A DNA stretch of 64,000 nucleotides from an uncultured Acidimicrobiales bacterium (GCA_963830865.1 CAWHNU010000011.1:605210-669209); one strand, 5' to 3'; shown: positions 1-9,379, counted from the stretch's first letter. Numbers and translations are program-made. Notes: a model not told the origin generated them from the sequence alone.

Positions 1-2
1 GG

Positions 3-551
3 TACGGCGACCGCTTCGAGCTGTCGGCGGCGTTCACGAGGTTGGCGCCGGAGTCCCGCCGCTCACGCTTCTTCGACGCGCACGACCAGCTGACACCGGA
101 CGAGCTCGAGTACCTGACCAACATCGACTACCGCGACCACTTCGCCTGCGTCGCGCGGCTGCCGGGTCGGCCGCTGCCGAACGGTGTCGGCGTCGGCCGG
201 TATGTCCGCGACCCCGCCGACCCGGCGGTCGCCGAGGTCGCCGTCGTCGTGGTCGACGCCCACCAGCGGCGCGGGATCGGCACGCTGCTGACGCGCACGC
301 TCGCCGAACGGGCGGTCCGGCTCGGCATCCGCACGTTCGTCTGCTACGTCCAGTGGGACAACGAGGTGACGATCGGCATGCTGACCGCCGAGGGCGCCCG
401 GGTCGTCCCGGCGGAACCCGGCGTGGCCCGCATCGAGCTGGATCTGCCCGCCCCGGTCGACGAGCTTCCCGACACCCTCGCCCCGGAATCGGTGGCCGCG
501 CCGCCGCGGCCCGCCGGGCTCACGGGATGTATTGCTCTTCGATCGCGGTGA
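3..551 (+). CDS. GNAT family N-acetyltransferase (5' end outside window)
   Basis: Frame is open from the window edge to TGA 549-551. Acetyl-CoA motif HQRRGIGTLLTRTL. GC3-rich codons. Confidence 0.8.
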   Translation, partial: YGDRFELSAAFTRLAPESRRSRFFDAHDQLTPDELEYLTNIDYRDHFACVARLPGRPLPNGVGVGRYVRDPADPAVAEVAVVVVDAHQRRGIGTLLTRTLAERAVRLGIRTFVCYVQWDNEVTIGMLTAEGARVVPAEPGVARIELDLPAPVDELPDTLAPESVAAPPRPAGLTGCIALRSR

Positions 552-771
552 TGGTGTCGTCGCGCACCGTCAGCCAGAACGGGTTGTGCCACAGCGACTG
601 GTCGTCGGGCCAGGCGTCACCGGCCAGGAACGCGGGCAGGTCGTCGAATGCGATGTGCATGGGCGTGAAGCCGTGCTCGAGCACGGTGACCGGGACGTCG
701 GCAGCCACGGGGAGCACCCGCAGCCGCGGGTTCTGGTTGAGGATGTAGTAGTCGTTCGGCGGGACCGCCAA
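520..771 (-). CDS. hypothetical protein, 83 aa (TTG start)
   Basis: MAVPPNDYYILNQNPRLRVLPVAADVPVTVLEHGF... Near-100 percent GC3 and normal amino-acid composition, unlike shadow ORFs. No family recognised. Confidence 0.5.
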   Translation of the reverse strand: MAVPPNDYYILNQNPRLRVLPVAADVPVTVLEHGFTPMHIAFDDLPAFLAGDAWPDDQSLWHNPFWLTVRDDTITAIEEQYIP

Positions 772-839
772 CGGCCAGAGGCAGTTGCCGGAGGGACGAT
801 CGTGCCGGTCGCCGGGACCTCAGGCCATACGGGATCACG

Positions 840-977
840 GTCTGGTCGCCGGACGGCTCACCCTGGTTCGAGTACATCGAGTTCGGGGTGCCCCGGGTCC
901 GGTGGTTCCAGGTCGTCGCCTACAACGCCGCCGGGGACGCGACGCCGTCAGTGGCCGTCAGCGGCTCGCCCCCGTGA
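840..977 (+). pseudogene. fibronectin type III-like C-terminal remnant without a start codon
   Basis: Frame +3 reads WSPDGSPWFEYIEFGVPRVRWFQVVAYNAAGDATPSVAVSGSPP*, a typical FN3 end (VxAxNxAGxSxPS). The frame is closed upstream by TGA 738-740, with no ATG/GTG before the motif. Confidence 0.4.
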
Positions 978-1258
978 CGCAGCTGTGTTCAGGCGTCGCG
1001 GCGGTAGTCGGCCGCCCCACGCAGCGCGGTGGCGCGCAGACAGGGCGAGCGGGCGACGGTTATGCTCGGCGGAGCCGGGGCGCGACACGACGGGAGGCCT
1101 GCGGCCTCCCCGGGCACGGACGGAGCGCCATGGACCGCAGACGGCCAGAGGGGCAGCTAGGAAGGCGGCCTCACCCCGGGCCGGGGCACGCCGTCGACGA
1201 CGACTCGGCGGTCGCCACCCTCGTCCGGAGCATGCGCCCGCCACCCGAGAGTCGGGGC

Positions 1259-2176
1259 ATGGCACCGACGCTCATCGACCTGCAGCGCCGGGCCGGGAAC
1301 CGGGCCGTCGGCCGCATGATCCTGCAACGCCGCGCGGCCGCGCCCGCGCCCCCGCTGCCCGCCACCGCCAAGGTCATGGGCGACGAGGAGGAGCTCGCCA
1401 AGGGCACGGCGGACTGCGGGGTGCGGTGTGGATGCGCCCGGTGCGGGTCCGAACGGGCGGACCGCGAGGTCGACGTCGAGGTGGCCGAGACGGCGGCGTC
1501 GCACGACCTGGTCGGCAGCGACGCCGGGCTCGCCAAGGCCACGACCTCGGTCGGCGCCGGAGCCGCGCCGAGCATGGGCCTCGGGCCGGGTGTGTACGGC
1601 CTCACGTACCCCGAGAAGGTCACGCCGACCATCGGCGCCAAGCTCGATAAGGCGGCCGGAACGTGGAGCCCCAAGGTCGCCGCGCTCCGCGGGGCCTACT
1701 CCCTACAGGCCCGGCTCCTGCCGGGCCAGGCCGAGATCACCGGTCCCGGCGGCAACACGACCAAGGCCAACCATTGCGACCAGGCCACCAACCTAAAGAC
1801 CCTCGGAAACACCGCCGGTAACGGGTGGTACATGCTCGCCGCCGTCCGGCGGCACGAGCAGGTGCACGCCAAGAAGTTCGGCAAGGCGCTGAAGAAGGCG
1901 GAGCCCGCCATCACCGCCGCCCTCGCAGCGGTGACGATCGCGCACGTCAAGGGGATGACCGCCACGAAGGCGGTCACGGCCCTGAAGGCGGACGCCACCT
2001 ACCAAGCGGCGGTGGCCGCCGCCCAGTCGACATGGCTCGCGGCGGTCCTCGTCGAGGTCGCGGGCGACCACGCCGGGCCAACCGACGCCGCGGAGCGGAC
2101 CGTGACCGAGCCGATGCGCCGGGTCATCTGCGCCCACGCCAAGCGGAACAAGTGGCCCGCGTGCCCCGCGTGCTGA
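1259..2176 (+). CDS. secreted/effector-like protein with LQRxAGNRAV leader and HExxH motif
   Basis: MAPTLIDLQRRAGNRAVGRM at the N-terminus, the leader seen on DUF4157-type proteins. Cys clusters CGVRCGCARCG and CPAC. HEQVH present. An alternative in-frame ATG lies at 1232. Confidence 0.6.
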   Translation: MAPTLIDLQRRAGNRAVGRMILQRRAAAPAPPLPATAKVMGDEEELAKGTADCGVRCGCARCGSERADREVDVEVAETAASHDLVGSDAGLAKATTSVGAGAAPSMGLGPGVYGLTYPEKVTPTIGAKLDKAAGTWSPKVAALRGAYSLQARLLPGQAEITGPGGNTTKANHCDQATNLKTLGNTAGNGWYMLAAVRRHEQVHAKKFGKALKKAEPAITAALAAVTIAHVKGMTATKAVTALKADATYQAAVAAAQSTWLAAVLVEVAGDHAGPTDAAERTVTEPMRRVICAHAKRNKWPACPAC

Positions 2177-2742
2177 TGGAGCCGTTCACCGATATCCCGG
2201 GCGGGCCGGCCCCGGCCCGGCTGGCGCCGCTGGGCGGAGGCCTGGCCGCCGACGCCGAACAGTCGGGTGACCGCCTGGTGGTCACCGTCGTGCTGGCCAA
2301 CAACGGCGACGAGGATCTGCGGCTCCTCAACCCGCTCGACACGCTCCGCTTCGATGTGCGGGACGAGGGCGGCCACGCCCGGGCGGTGCCCCAGGCGCCA
2401 CCGAGCTCGCTCGTCCACGTGGCCGGCGGCGCCCCTGGCTGGACCGCGGCCGCCAGCACGGTCCCGCTCGTCGCGGTTCGCCGCGACGGCGAGGTCGTGT
2501 CCACCGGCGCCCTCGACGGCGAGACCGTGGCGCTCCCGGCGCACCGGCGCTGGGACGTGACCTTCGCTATCGACCGGATCGCGGCCCCGGGAAACTCGCC
2601 GGCCGGCGGCGGATACGCGGCCCCCGCCGCGGGCACGTACACCGTCGCGTCGATTGTCACCGCCATTGACGCCGGCGAGCGCGACCAGGCCCGCATCCTC
2701 CATACGGCGCCGGTCGACATCCGTCTCACGCGACCGCGCTGA
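2176..2742 (+). CDS. small beta-rich protein translationally coupled to the HExxH protein (possible inhibitor/immunity)
   Basis: ATG overlaps the upstream TGA (TGATG). 188 aa. LVVTVVLANNGDEDLRLLNPLDTLRFDVRDEGG and AAGTYTVASIV resemble single-domain beta-sandwich (BsuPI-like) patterns. Not verified by search. Confidence 0.6.
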   Translation: MEPFTDIPGGPAPARLAPLGGGLAADAEQSGDRLVVTVVLANNGDEDLRLLNPLDTLRFDVRDEGGHARAVPQAPPSSLVHVAGGAPGWTAAASTVPLVAVRRDGEVVSTGALDGETVALPAHRRWDVTFAIDRIAAPGNSPAGGGYAAPAAGTYTVASIVTAIDAGERDQARILHTAPVDIRLTRPR

Positions 2743-2968
2743 CCGGCCTGTGGCGTCCGCGCCGAGCAGATGCACGAGCGCGTTTGCCCGTCGGGAAACG
2801 GGGGAACCACTGGTGCGTTCGTGCTGATCGGGTTCGCCGCCGCGGACCGCAGCCTGGGCCGGCCGCCGATGGCCAATGGTGTCCCTCGGCGGCCGGCTTT
2901 GCCCGAAGCCTGCTCGCCGGGGGCCGTGCCGACGTGTAGTCCGGCTGCGGCGCGGGCACACGTAGACG

Positions 2969-3934
2969 ATGACGGTGATCGGCTACCACGCATCGCACGA
3001 GCAGCATCCGCCGAGCGCGTTGGTGGCGGCCGTACAGGCGGCCGCCGACGCCGGATTCGGGGCGGTGTCCTCGTCGGACCATGTGACACCGTGGAGCCGG
3101 GTCCAGGGCGAGTCGGGGTTCGCCTGGTCCTGGCTGGGGGCCGCGATGGCGGCCGTGCCGCTGCCCTTCGGGGTGGTGAACGCCCCGGGGCAGCGGTATC
3201 ACCCCGTGATCGTCGCCCAGGCCATCGCCACGCTCAGCGAGATGTTTCCGCAGCGACTGTGGGTGGCGCTCGGCTCGGGCGAGGCGTCGAACGAGCATGT
3301 CACCGGGGCTCCATGGCCGCCCAAGCCGGTGCGCAACGCGCGCCTGCGCGAGTGCGTCGACGTGATCCGCGCGCTGTTGCGGGGCGACGAGGTGAGCGTC
3401 GACGGCCAGGTGCGGGTCGACCGGGCCCGGCTCTGGACGCTGCCGGCCGTCATGCCGCCGCTGGTGGGCGCGGCGCTCAGCGAGTCGACGGCGGCCTGGT
3501 GCGGCGGGTGGGCTGACGGACTGATCACGGTCCACGCGCCGGTCGAGCGGCTGCGGCGGGTGATCGATGCCTTCCGATCGGGCGGTGGCGAGGGGAAGCC
3601 GGTGCGCGTGCAGGTCAAGGTGGCGTGGGCCCGTGACGAGGACGAGGCGCTCGCGGGTGCGCACGAGCAGTGGCGCACCAACGTGTTCGACCCCGTGCTC
3701 ATGGCCGATCTGGAGACGGTCGATCAGTTCGAGGCGGCGGCCGCGCACGTTCGCCCCGACGACGTGCGGGCCGGCGTGCTCGTGTCGTCCGATCCCGGCC
3801 AGCACGCGGCCTGGCTGCGCGAGACCGTCGAGTGCGGCGTCGACGAGGTGTACATCCACCAGGTCCCCCGCGAGCAGCGCCGGTTCATCGACACGTTCGG
3901 CCGCGAGGTCCTGCCCGAGGTGACGGGACGATGA
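2969..3934 (+). CDS. LLM class (luciferase-like) flavin/F420-dependent oxidoreductase
   Basis: MTVIGYHASHEQHPPSALV...SSSDHVTPW...GSGEASNEH is the typical LLM/TIGR0388x-like N-terminus. 321 aa. Confidence 0.9.
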   Translation: MTVIGYHASHEQHPPSALVAAVQAAADAGFGAVSSSDHVTPWSRVQGESGFAWSWLGAAMAAVPLPFGVVNAPGQRYHPVIVAQAIATLSEMFPQRLWVALGSGEASNEHVTGAPWPPKPVRNARLRECVDVIRALLRGDEVSVDGQVRVDRARLWTLPAVMPPLVGAALSESTAAWCGGWADGLITVHAPVERLRRVIDAFRSGGGEGKPVRVQVKVAWARDEDEALAGAHEQWRTNVFDPVLMADLETVDQFEAAAAHVRPDDVRAGVLVSSDPGQHAAWLRETVECGVDEVYIHQVPREQRRFIDTFGREVLPEVTGR

Positions 3935-5601
3935 CCGTCGCGTTCACGAGTGACCAGTGGTGGAAGAACGGGGTCCTGTACTGCCTCGACGTGCAGACCT
4001 TCCTCGACAGTGACGGCGACGGCGTCGGCGACATGACCGGCCTCGTCGAGCGCATCGACTACCTGGCCGGCATCGGCGTCTCGACCCTGTGGCTCATGCC
4101 CTTCTACCCGACGCCCGACCAGGACGACGGCTACGACGTCAGCGACTTCTACGGCGTCGATCCCCGGCTCGGCTCGCTCGGCGAGTTCGTCGAGGTCGTC
4201 CGCACCGCCCGCGACCGGGGGATGCGGGTCATCGTCGACCTGGTCGTCAACCACACCTCCGACCAGCACCCGTGGTTCCGCTCCGCCCGCTCCGATCCCG
4301 AGTCGCCGTACCGGGACTGGTATGTGTGGGCGGACGAGCGGCCGCAGGACCCCGACCTGACCGAGACGTTCCCCGGCGACCAGGGCGGCGTGTGGACCTA
4401 CGACCGCAAGGCCCGGCAGTACTACCTGCACCGCTTCTACAAGACCCAGCCCGACCTCAACATCGCCAACCCGGCCGTGCGCGAGGAGATCGCCCGCATC
4501 GTCGGCTTCTGGCTCCAGGTGGGCGTCAGCGGGTTCCGGGTCGACGCCGTGCCCTTCCTCATCGAGCTCGACGGCATCGCGGGCGCCCCGTCGGTCGATC
4601 CGCATCGCTATCTCAAGGAGCTCCGATCGTTCGTGGAACGCCGCCGCGGCGACGCGATCCTGCTCGGAGAGGTGAACCTGCCGCCCGAGCAGCAGCGGGA
4701 GTTCTTCGGAGACGAGGACGGCGACGAGCTCAACCTCGTCTTCAACTTCTCGGTCATGCAGCGGATCTACCTGGCGCTGGCCCGCCAGGACGCGACGCCG
4801 GTCGAGCAGGCGCTGGCCGCGCTGCCCGCGGTGCCGTTCGACTCGCAGTGGGCGACCTTCCTGCGCAACCACGACGAGCTGACCCTGGACCAGCTCAGCG
4901 ACGCCGAGCGCCAGGAGGTGTTCGACGCCTTCGGCCCGGACCCCGGGATGCAGCTCTACGGCCGCGGCCTGCGCCGGCGGCTGCCACCGATGCTCGGCGG
5001 CGACCCGCAGCGCCTCCGCATGGCGTACAGCCTGCTCTTCTCCCTCCCGGGCACACCCGTGCTGTTCTACGGCGAGGAGATCGGCATGGGCGAGAACCTC
5101 GACGTGCCCGATCGCCGGGCGGTGCGCACGCCGATGCAGTGGTCCGACGAGCCGGGCGCCGGGTACTCGACCGCGGCGCCCGAGCGCTTCCCCCGGCCGG
5201 TCACCGAGGGCGAGTTCGGGCCGCTGGCGGTCAACGTCGCCGGGCAGCGGCGGGACGCCGGCTCGCTGCTCAACTGGTTCGAGCGCCTGATCCGGCGGCG
5301 CCGGGAGACGCCCGAGATCGGTCTCGGCACCTGGGCCGTCGTCGCCAACGACGCTCCCGGGGTGCTGGCCCACCGCTGCGACTGGGACGGCTCGACCGTC
5401 GTGGCCGTGCACAACTTCGCCGCCGAGCCGTGCCGCGTCGAGCTGCGACTCGACGACGTCGACGACGCGGCGGGCGCCGACGACCTCCTCGACGGCAGTG
5501 CCGAACACCCCCTCGACGAACCGGTCCTGCACCTCACCCTGGCGGGCTACGGCTACCGGTGGCTCCGCATCCGCCGCCGCGGCCAGCGGCTCTCGCCCTG
5601 A
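3931..5601 (+). CDS. GH13 alpha-amylase family enzyme (trehalose synthase / alpha-glucosidase-like)
   Basis: ATGA overlap with the upstream gene. WWKNGVLYCLDVQTFLDSDGDGVGDMTGL, DGYDVSDFY, VDLVVNHTSDQHPWF, GFRVDAVPF. Confidence 0.9.
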   Translation: MTVAFTSDQWWKNGVLYCLDVQTFLDSDGDGVGDMTGLVERIDYLAGIGVSTLWLMPFYPTPDQDDGYDVSDFYGVDPRLGSLGEFVEVVRTARDRGMRVIVDLVVNHTSDQHPWFRSARSDPESPYRDWYVWADERPQDPDLTETFPGDQGGVWTYDRKARQYYLHRFYKTQPDLNIANPAVREEIARIVGFWLQVGVSGFRVDAVPFLIELDGIAGAPSVDPHRYLKELRSFVERRRGDAILLGEVNLPPEQQREFFGDEDGDELNLVFNFSVMQRIYLALARQDATPVEQALAALPAVPFDSQWATFLRNHDELTLDQLSDAERQEVFDAFGPDPGMQLYGRGLRRRLPPMLGGDPQRLRMAYSLLFSLPGTPVLFYGEEIGMGENLDVPDRRAVRTPMQWSDEPGAGYSTAAPERFPRPVTEGEFGPLAVNVAGQRRDAGSLLNWFERLIRRRRETPEIGLGTWAVVANDAPGVLAHRCDWDGSTVVAVHNFAAEPCRVELRLDDVDDAAGADDLLDGSAEHPLDEPVLHLTLAGYGYRWLRIRRRGQRLSP

Positions 5602-5603
5602 GA

Positions 5604-5624
5604 GGCTGCGCCGAAGGCGTAGCC
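5604..5624 (+). terminator. hairpin directly after the GH13 stop codon
   Basis: GGCTGCGCC-GAA-GGCGTAGCC (9-bp stem including one G-U) starts 3 nt after TGA 5599-5601. No U-tract, as is common in high-GC actinobacteria. Confidence 0.4.
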
Positions 5625-5839
5625 GTGGCCCGAGCGGCCCGCTGCGAAACAGCAAGAGCGGGAATCACAGACCACGGTGGCCGCGATGACGTGTCCTATC
5701 CACGCACGTTCTGAGGCCCGGCCGCTGATCGGCGCCTTCCTTACCGCTCGCCCGTCGATTGCCCGGGCGTATCTCGGTTTGGCGTCCGTGAGCCGCGGTA
5801 GCTCGCGGTGGGCGGATGACGAGCGCAAGGAGGCGTTCC

Positions 5840-6076
5840 ATGAGCACCGCCGAGACCGGCGACATCACTGGCACCAAGGACAAGGACTACAACGTCATCT
5901 GGTTCACCGAGGTGTGCCTCAGCAACGTGCTCCGCCTGCACACGTACATCCAGGATGCCGAGCGCGAGGGCGACAGCGAGCTCGCCGAGTTCTTCCGCAA
6001 GGCCCAGGCCGAGAGCCGCAAGGGCGCAGAGCAGGGCAAGGCCCTCCTCGCGTCCCGCCTGAGCGCCAGCAACTGA
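5840..6076 (+). CDS. small conserved hypothetical protein, 78 aa
   Basis: AAGGAGG lies 7 nt upstream of ATG 5840. MSTAETGDITGTKDKDYNVIWFTEVCLSNVLRLHTYIQDAEREGDSELAEFFRKAQ. Confidence 0.7.
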   Translation: MSTAETGDITGTKDKDYNVIWFTEVCLSNVLRLHTYIQDAEREGDSELAEFFRKAQAESRKGAEQGKALLASRLSASN

Positions 6077-6249
6077 CGCGGATGCTGCCGGTGTCCGGGG
6101 CCTCGGCGACCATGGCCGCCGCCGGCCTCGGGCTCCTGGCCGCCCCCGCCGCGAGTCCGCCTCGGTCCGGCGCCTCGAGTGAGCGCTGAGCACCGCCAGT
6201 ACGTCTCACGGGTCTAGAACCGGCCCTCCGGTGGTACAAATCGGTCGGC

Positions 6250-6909
6250 ATGGAGACCGCGGCCGAGCTCAGGGTGCATTTCCGCCATCAGCTGGCGGTG
6301 ATCGAGGAGCGGGTCACCCAGCTGTTCGCGCTCGTGTCCGAGAGCATCAGCGCGGCGACCGAGTCGCTGCTCGCCGCGGACGGCGAGGTGGCTCGCGAGG
6401 TGACGGGCCGCGACGCCCTGGTCGACGAACTGGAGCGTGAGCTCGAGGAGCTCACGGAGATCCAGCTTCTCACCCAGTCCCCGATGAGCGGCGACATGCG
6501 CTACCTGGTCACCGTCCTGCGGATAGTTCCGCAGCTGGAGCGCTGCGCCGACCTGGCCGACCACGTCGCCCACCGGGGCATCACCGGGCTCGCCACCAGG
6601 GTGACGCCGGAGCTCCGGGGCCTGTTGGACGACATGGGCGCTCGGTGTGTCGCGATGTGGCAGGAGGTGGGCCGGGCCTGGACCGAGCGCGACGAGTCCG
6701 CGGCGGCCCGGCTCGACCTGGCCGACGACGAGCTCGACCTCCTGCACGACCAGCTGACCGCCAGCCTCGCCGTCGCCGAGATCGAACGGGTCGACCTGAT
6801 GCAGGCGACGCTCGTTGGGCGGTTCTACGAGCGGCTCGGTGACCACGCCGTCCACGTCGCGGAGCGCATCTCCTACGTGACCTCGGCGCGGCGTCCCCGT
6901 TCGGGGTGA
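6250..6909 (+). CDS. phoU: PhoU family phosphate-signalling regulator
   Basis: Two PhoU repeats, with E..D...D motifs and LERCADLADHVA / YERLGDHAVHVAERI. Confidence 0.9.
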   Translation: METAAELRVHFRHQLAVIEERVTQLFALVSESISAATESLLAADGEVAREVTGRDALVDELERELEELTEIQLLTQSPMSGDMRYLVTVLRIVPQLERCADLADHVAHRGITGLATRVTPELRGLLDDMGARCVAMWQEVGRAWTERDESAAARLDLADDELDLLHDQLTASLAVAEIERVDLMQATLVGRFYERLGDHAVHVAERISYVTSARRPRSG

Positions 6910-6983
6910 TCGGCGTGGCCGGGCCCGGCCGCGTGTACCAGCTGCGGGCCAGGGGTACCCGGGGGTCCGAGGAGGCGGTACCG

Positions 6984-7328
6984 ATGGACCATCCCCCCGA
7001 CGAGACGGACCTCGCGGCGCGCGTCGAGCTGCGCCGCCGACAGCAGGACGAGGCGGCCCAGTCCTGGCCCGGTCTCGGCTCGGTCACCGACGCCCAGATG
7101 AAGGGATCGATCTTCGGCATCGTGGCGGGTGTGGTGGTCGGCGCGGTCCTCTTCCTGCCCCTGGCGCTCATCCCCTGGGAGGGGATGGCCGTCGGCTGGC
7201 GCCTCGTGCTCGCTGCGGTGTGCGGCGCGGTGGCCGGAGCTGTGGCCCTGGCCGTGTACTTCGGTGGCCGGGAGCCGGAGCGCGAGCGTGAGGCTGAGGG
7301 CACCCCGCCCATCCACCCGCCGACCTAA
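6984..7328 (+). CDS. small membrane protein
   Basis: GAGGAGG lies before ATG 6984. Two predicted TM helices (GSIFGIVAGVVVGAVLFLPLALI, WRLVLAAVCGAVAGAVALAVYF). Confidence 0.6.
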   Translation: MDHPPDETDLAARVELRRRQQDEAAQSWPGLGSVTDAQMKGSIFGIVAGVVVGAVLFLPLALIPWEGMAVGWRLVLAAVCGAVAGAVALAVYFGGREPEREREAEGTPPIHPPT

Positions 7329-7560
7329 GGTCTGCGGCAACGACTACGACAAGGCCTTCGAGGTCACGGCCGCAGGGACCACCCATGTGTTCGACAGCTT
7401 CGAGTGCGCTGTCCACCTGATGGCACCTGTCTGCGAGCACTGCGGGTGCAAGACCATCGGCCACGGCATCGAGGCCGACGGCCGGTTCTTCTGTTGCGCT
7501 CACTGCGCCCGTGCCGCAGGCGTGGCGGCGCAGGACCGCGTCGACTCCCCGCTGTTCTGA
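7288..7560 (+). CDS. Cys/His-rich metal-binding small protein (start uncertain)
   Basis: KVCGNDYDKAFEVTAAGTTHVFDSFECAVHLMAPVCEHCGCKTIGHGIEADGRFFCCAHCA. The nearest in-frame start is GTG 7288, which overlaps the previous gene. Confidence 0.6.
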   Translation: MRLRAPRPSTRRPKVCGNDYDKAFEVTAAGTTHVFDSFECAVHLMAPVCEHCGCKTIGHGIEADGRFFCCAHCARAAGVAAQDRVDSPLF

Positions 7561-7629
7561 CGCGTCCCTCGCGCGGACTCGGCCTGCACGTGTTTGGCCG
7601 TCTTCCAGGTGGGTACCTAGTCGGCCTGT

Positions 7630-7646
7630 GACCGCGATGCGCGGTC
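7630..7646. promoter_or_regulatory. perfect 7-bp inverted repeat upstream of the hemerythrin gene
   Basis: GACCGCG-ATG-CGCGGTC, 25 nt before ATG 7672. Confidence 0.25.
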
Positions 7647-7671
7647 GTCCCGATGAGAAAAGGAAGACCGT

Positions 7672-8241
7672 ATGGACGGACTCAAGCTGCTGATCGCCGA
7701 CCACAACCGGGTCCGGGGGCTGTTCGCCCGCTATGCGGCCGCCGAGGAGGCCGGCGACAGCGACGCCATGGCGAGCCTGGTGCGGGACATCGACCGGGAG
7801 CTGACCGTCCACACAGACATCGAGGAGACCGTCTTCTACCCCTGGGCCCGCCGCCTGTCCGACGACATCGCCGAGACAGTCGACGAGGGCCTGCAGGAGC
7901 ACCACGTCGCCAAGGTGCTGCTGGGCGAGATCAAGGGTCTGCCTGTCGGTGAGGACGACTGGGTCGCAAAGGTCAAGGTCCTGATCGAGAACGTCGAGCA
8001 CCACGCCGGCGAGGAGGAAGAGGAGCTGTTCCCGCCGGTCCGCGGGGCATCCAACGCCGACGCGCTCCGGCGCCTGGCGGACGACCTCGAGGCCCGCAAG
8101 GCCGAGTTGGGCGCCCCGACCCTTGCCGACAAGCAGGACCTGACCAACGAGCAGCTTCACGAGCTGGCCACGGCCCAGGAGATCCCCGGCCGCTCGGGCA
8201 TGGACCACGACGAGCTGGCCGCCACCGTGCGCCCCGGCTGA
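7672..8241 (+). CDS. hemerythrin domain protein with C-terminal Rho_N/SAP-like helix-extended segment
   Basis: LIADHNRVRGLF, HTDIEETVFYP, EHHVAKVLL and VEHHAGEEEEELFP are the His ligand pattern. C-terminus LTNEQLHELATAQEIPGRSGMDHDELAATV. Confidence 0.85.
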   Translation: MDGLKLLIADHNRVRGLFARYAAAEEAGDSDAMASLVRDIDRELTVHTDIEETVFYPWARRLSDDIAETVDEGLQEHHVAKVLLGEIKGLPVGEDDWVAKVKVLIENVEHHAGEEEEELFPPVRGASNADALRRLADDLEARKAELGAPTLADKQDLTNEQLHELATAQEIPGRSGMDHDELAATVRPG

Positions 8242-8292
8242 CGGCGCCGACCAACTGACCGTCGCCGACGCCGCCGACACCAGGAGACGCCC

Positions 8293-9249
8293 GTGGTCGA
8301 GTACGCCTATGCCCTCTCCAGCGAGGAGCACGACGCCCGGACCCTGGTGGCCGCCGCCCAGCGGGCCGAGCAGGCCGGATTCCGCTCGGTGTGGATCTCC
8401 GACCACTACCACCCGTGGATCGACCGACAGGGCCAGTCGCCGTTCGTCTGGGCGGTGATCGGGGGCATCGCCGCAACCACCGGGCTGACCGTGACCACCG
8501 CGGTCACGTGCCCGCTCGTCCGTATCCATCCGGCGATCCTGGCCCAGGCGACGGCGACTGCCGCCAACCTGCTGCCGGGCGGCCGGTTCCGGTTCGGGGT
8601 CGGGACCGGCGAGGCGCTCAACGAGCACATCCTGGGCGATCGGTGGCCGCTGGCAGCCGAGCGGCTGGAGATGCTGGCCGAGGCGATCGCGGTGATCCGG
8701 GCGCTGTGGTCGGGCGAGCCGGTCACCCATCGCGGCGACCACTACCGTGTCGATAACGCCCGCATCTACACGGCGCCCGACGGCGAGATCCCGGTGATCG
8801 TGTCGGCATTCGGGCCCCGGGCCGTGGACCTGGCGGCCCGCCACGGGGACGGCTGGATGACCACGAGCCCCGACCGCGAGCTGCTCGACCGCTACCGGTC
8901 GGCCGGCGGGGCGGGACCGGCGCTCGGGGCCCTCAAGGTGTGCTGGGCCGAGGACGACGGCGATGCCCGCAAGCTGGCGCACGAGCTGTGGCCGACCAGC
9001 GGCATCCCCGGCCAGCTCCACCAGGACCTCCCGACCCCGGCCCACTTCGAGCAGGCCGCCTCCCTCGTCAGCGAGCAGGTGGCCACCAAGGGGACGCCCT
9101 GCGGTCCGGACCCCGACGCCTACGTCGCGGCCGCGCGCGAGTACACCGATGCCGGGTTCGACGAGGTCGCCCTGACGCAGATCGGGCCGGACCAGGAGGG
9201 GTTCTTCCGCTTCTTCGAGCGCGAGCTGCGGCACCGGCTGCCCACCTGA
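8293..9249 (+). CDS. F420-dependent glucose-6-phosphate dehydrogenase-family LLM oxidoreductase
   Basis: YALSSEEHDARTLV...VWISDHYHPW...GVGTGEALNEHILG...GPDQEGFFRFF. Confidence 0.9.
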   Translation: MVEYAYALSSEEHDARTLVAAAQRAEQAGFRSVWISDHYHPWIDRQGQSPFVWAVIGGIAATTGLTVTTAVTCPLVRIHPAILAQATATAANLLPGGRFRFGVGTGEALNEHILGDRWPLAAERLEMLAEAIAVIRALWSGEPVTHRGDHYRVDNARIYTAPDGEIPVIVSAFGPRAVDLAARHGDGWMTTSPDRELLDRYRSAGGAGPALGALKVCWAEDDGDARKLAHELWPTSGIPGQLHQDLPTPAHFEQAASLVSEQVATKGTPCGPDPDAYVAAAREYTDAGFDEVALTQIGPDQEGFFRFFERELRHRLPT

Positions 9250-9379
9250 CGTGCGACGGCCGTCACCGGACGGGCGTGAGATCACCCGCCTGTGGGGCGG
9301 CCGGTCGGGGTCGGCCGCCGACGGCCAGTGCGTCCGCGCCGCGGGTGTCGAGCACCGTGCCGGTGGGTACGCGGGAGCC

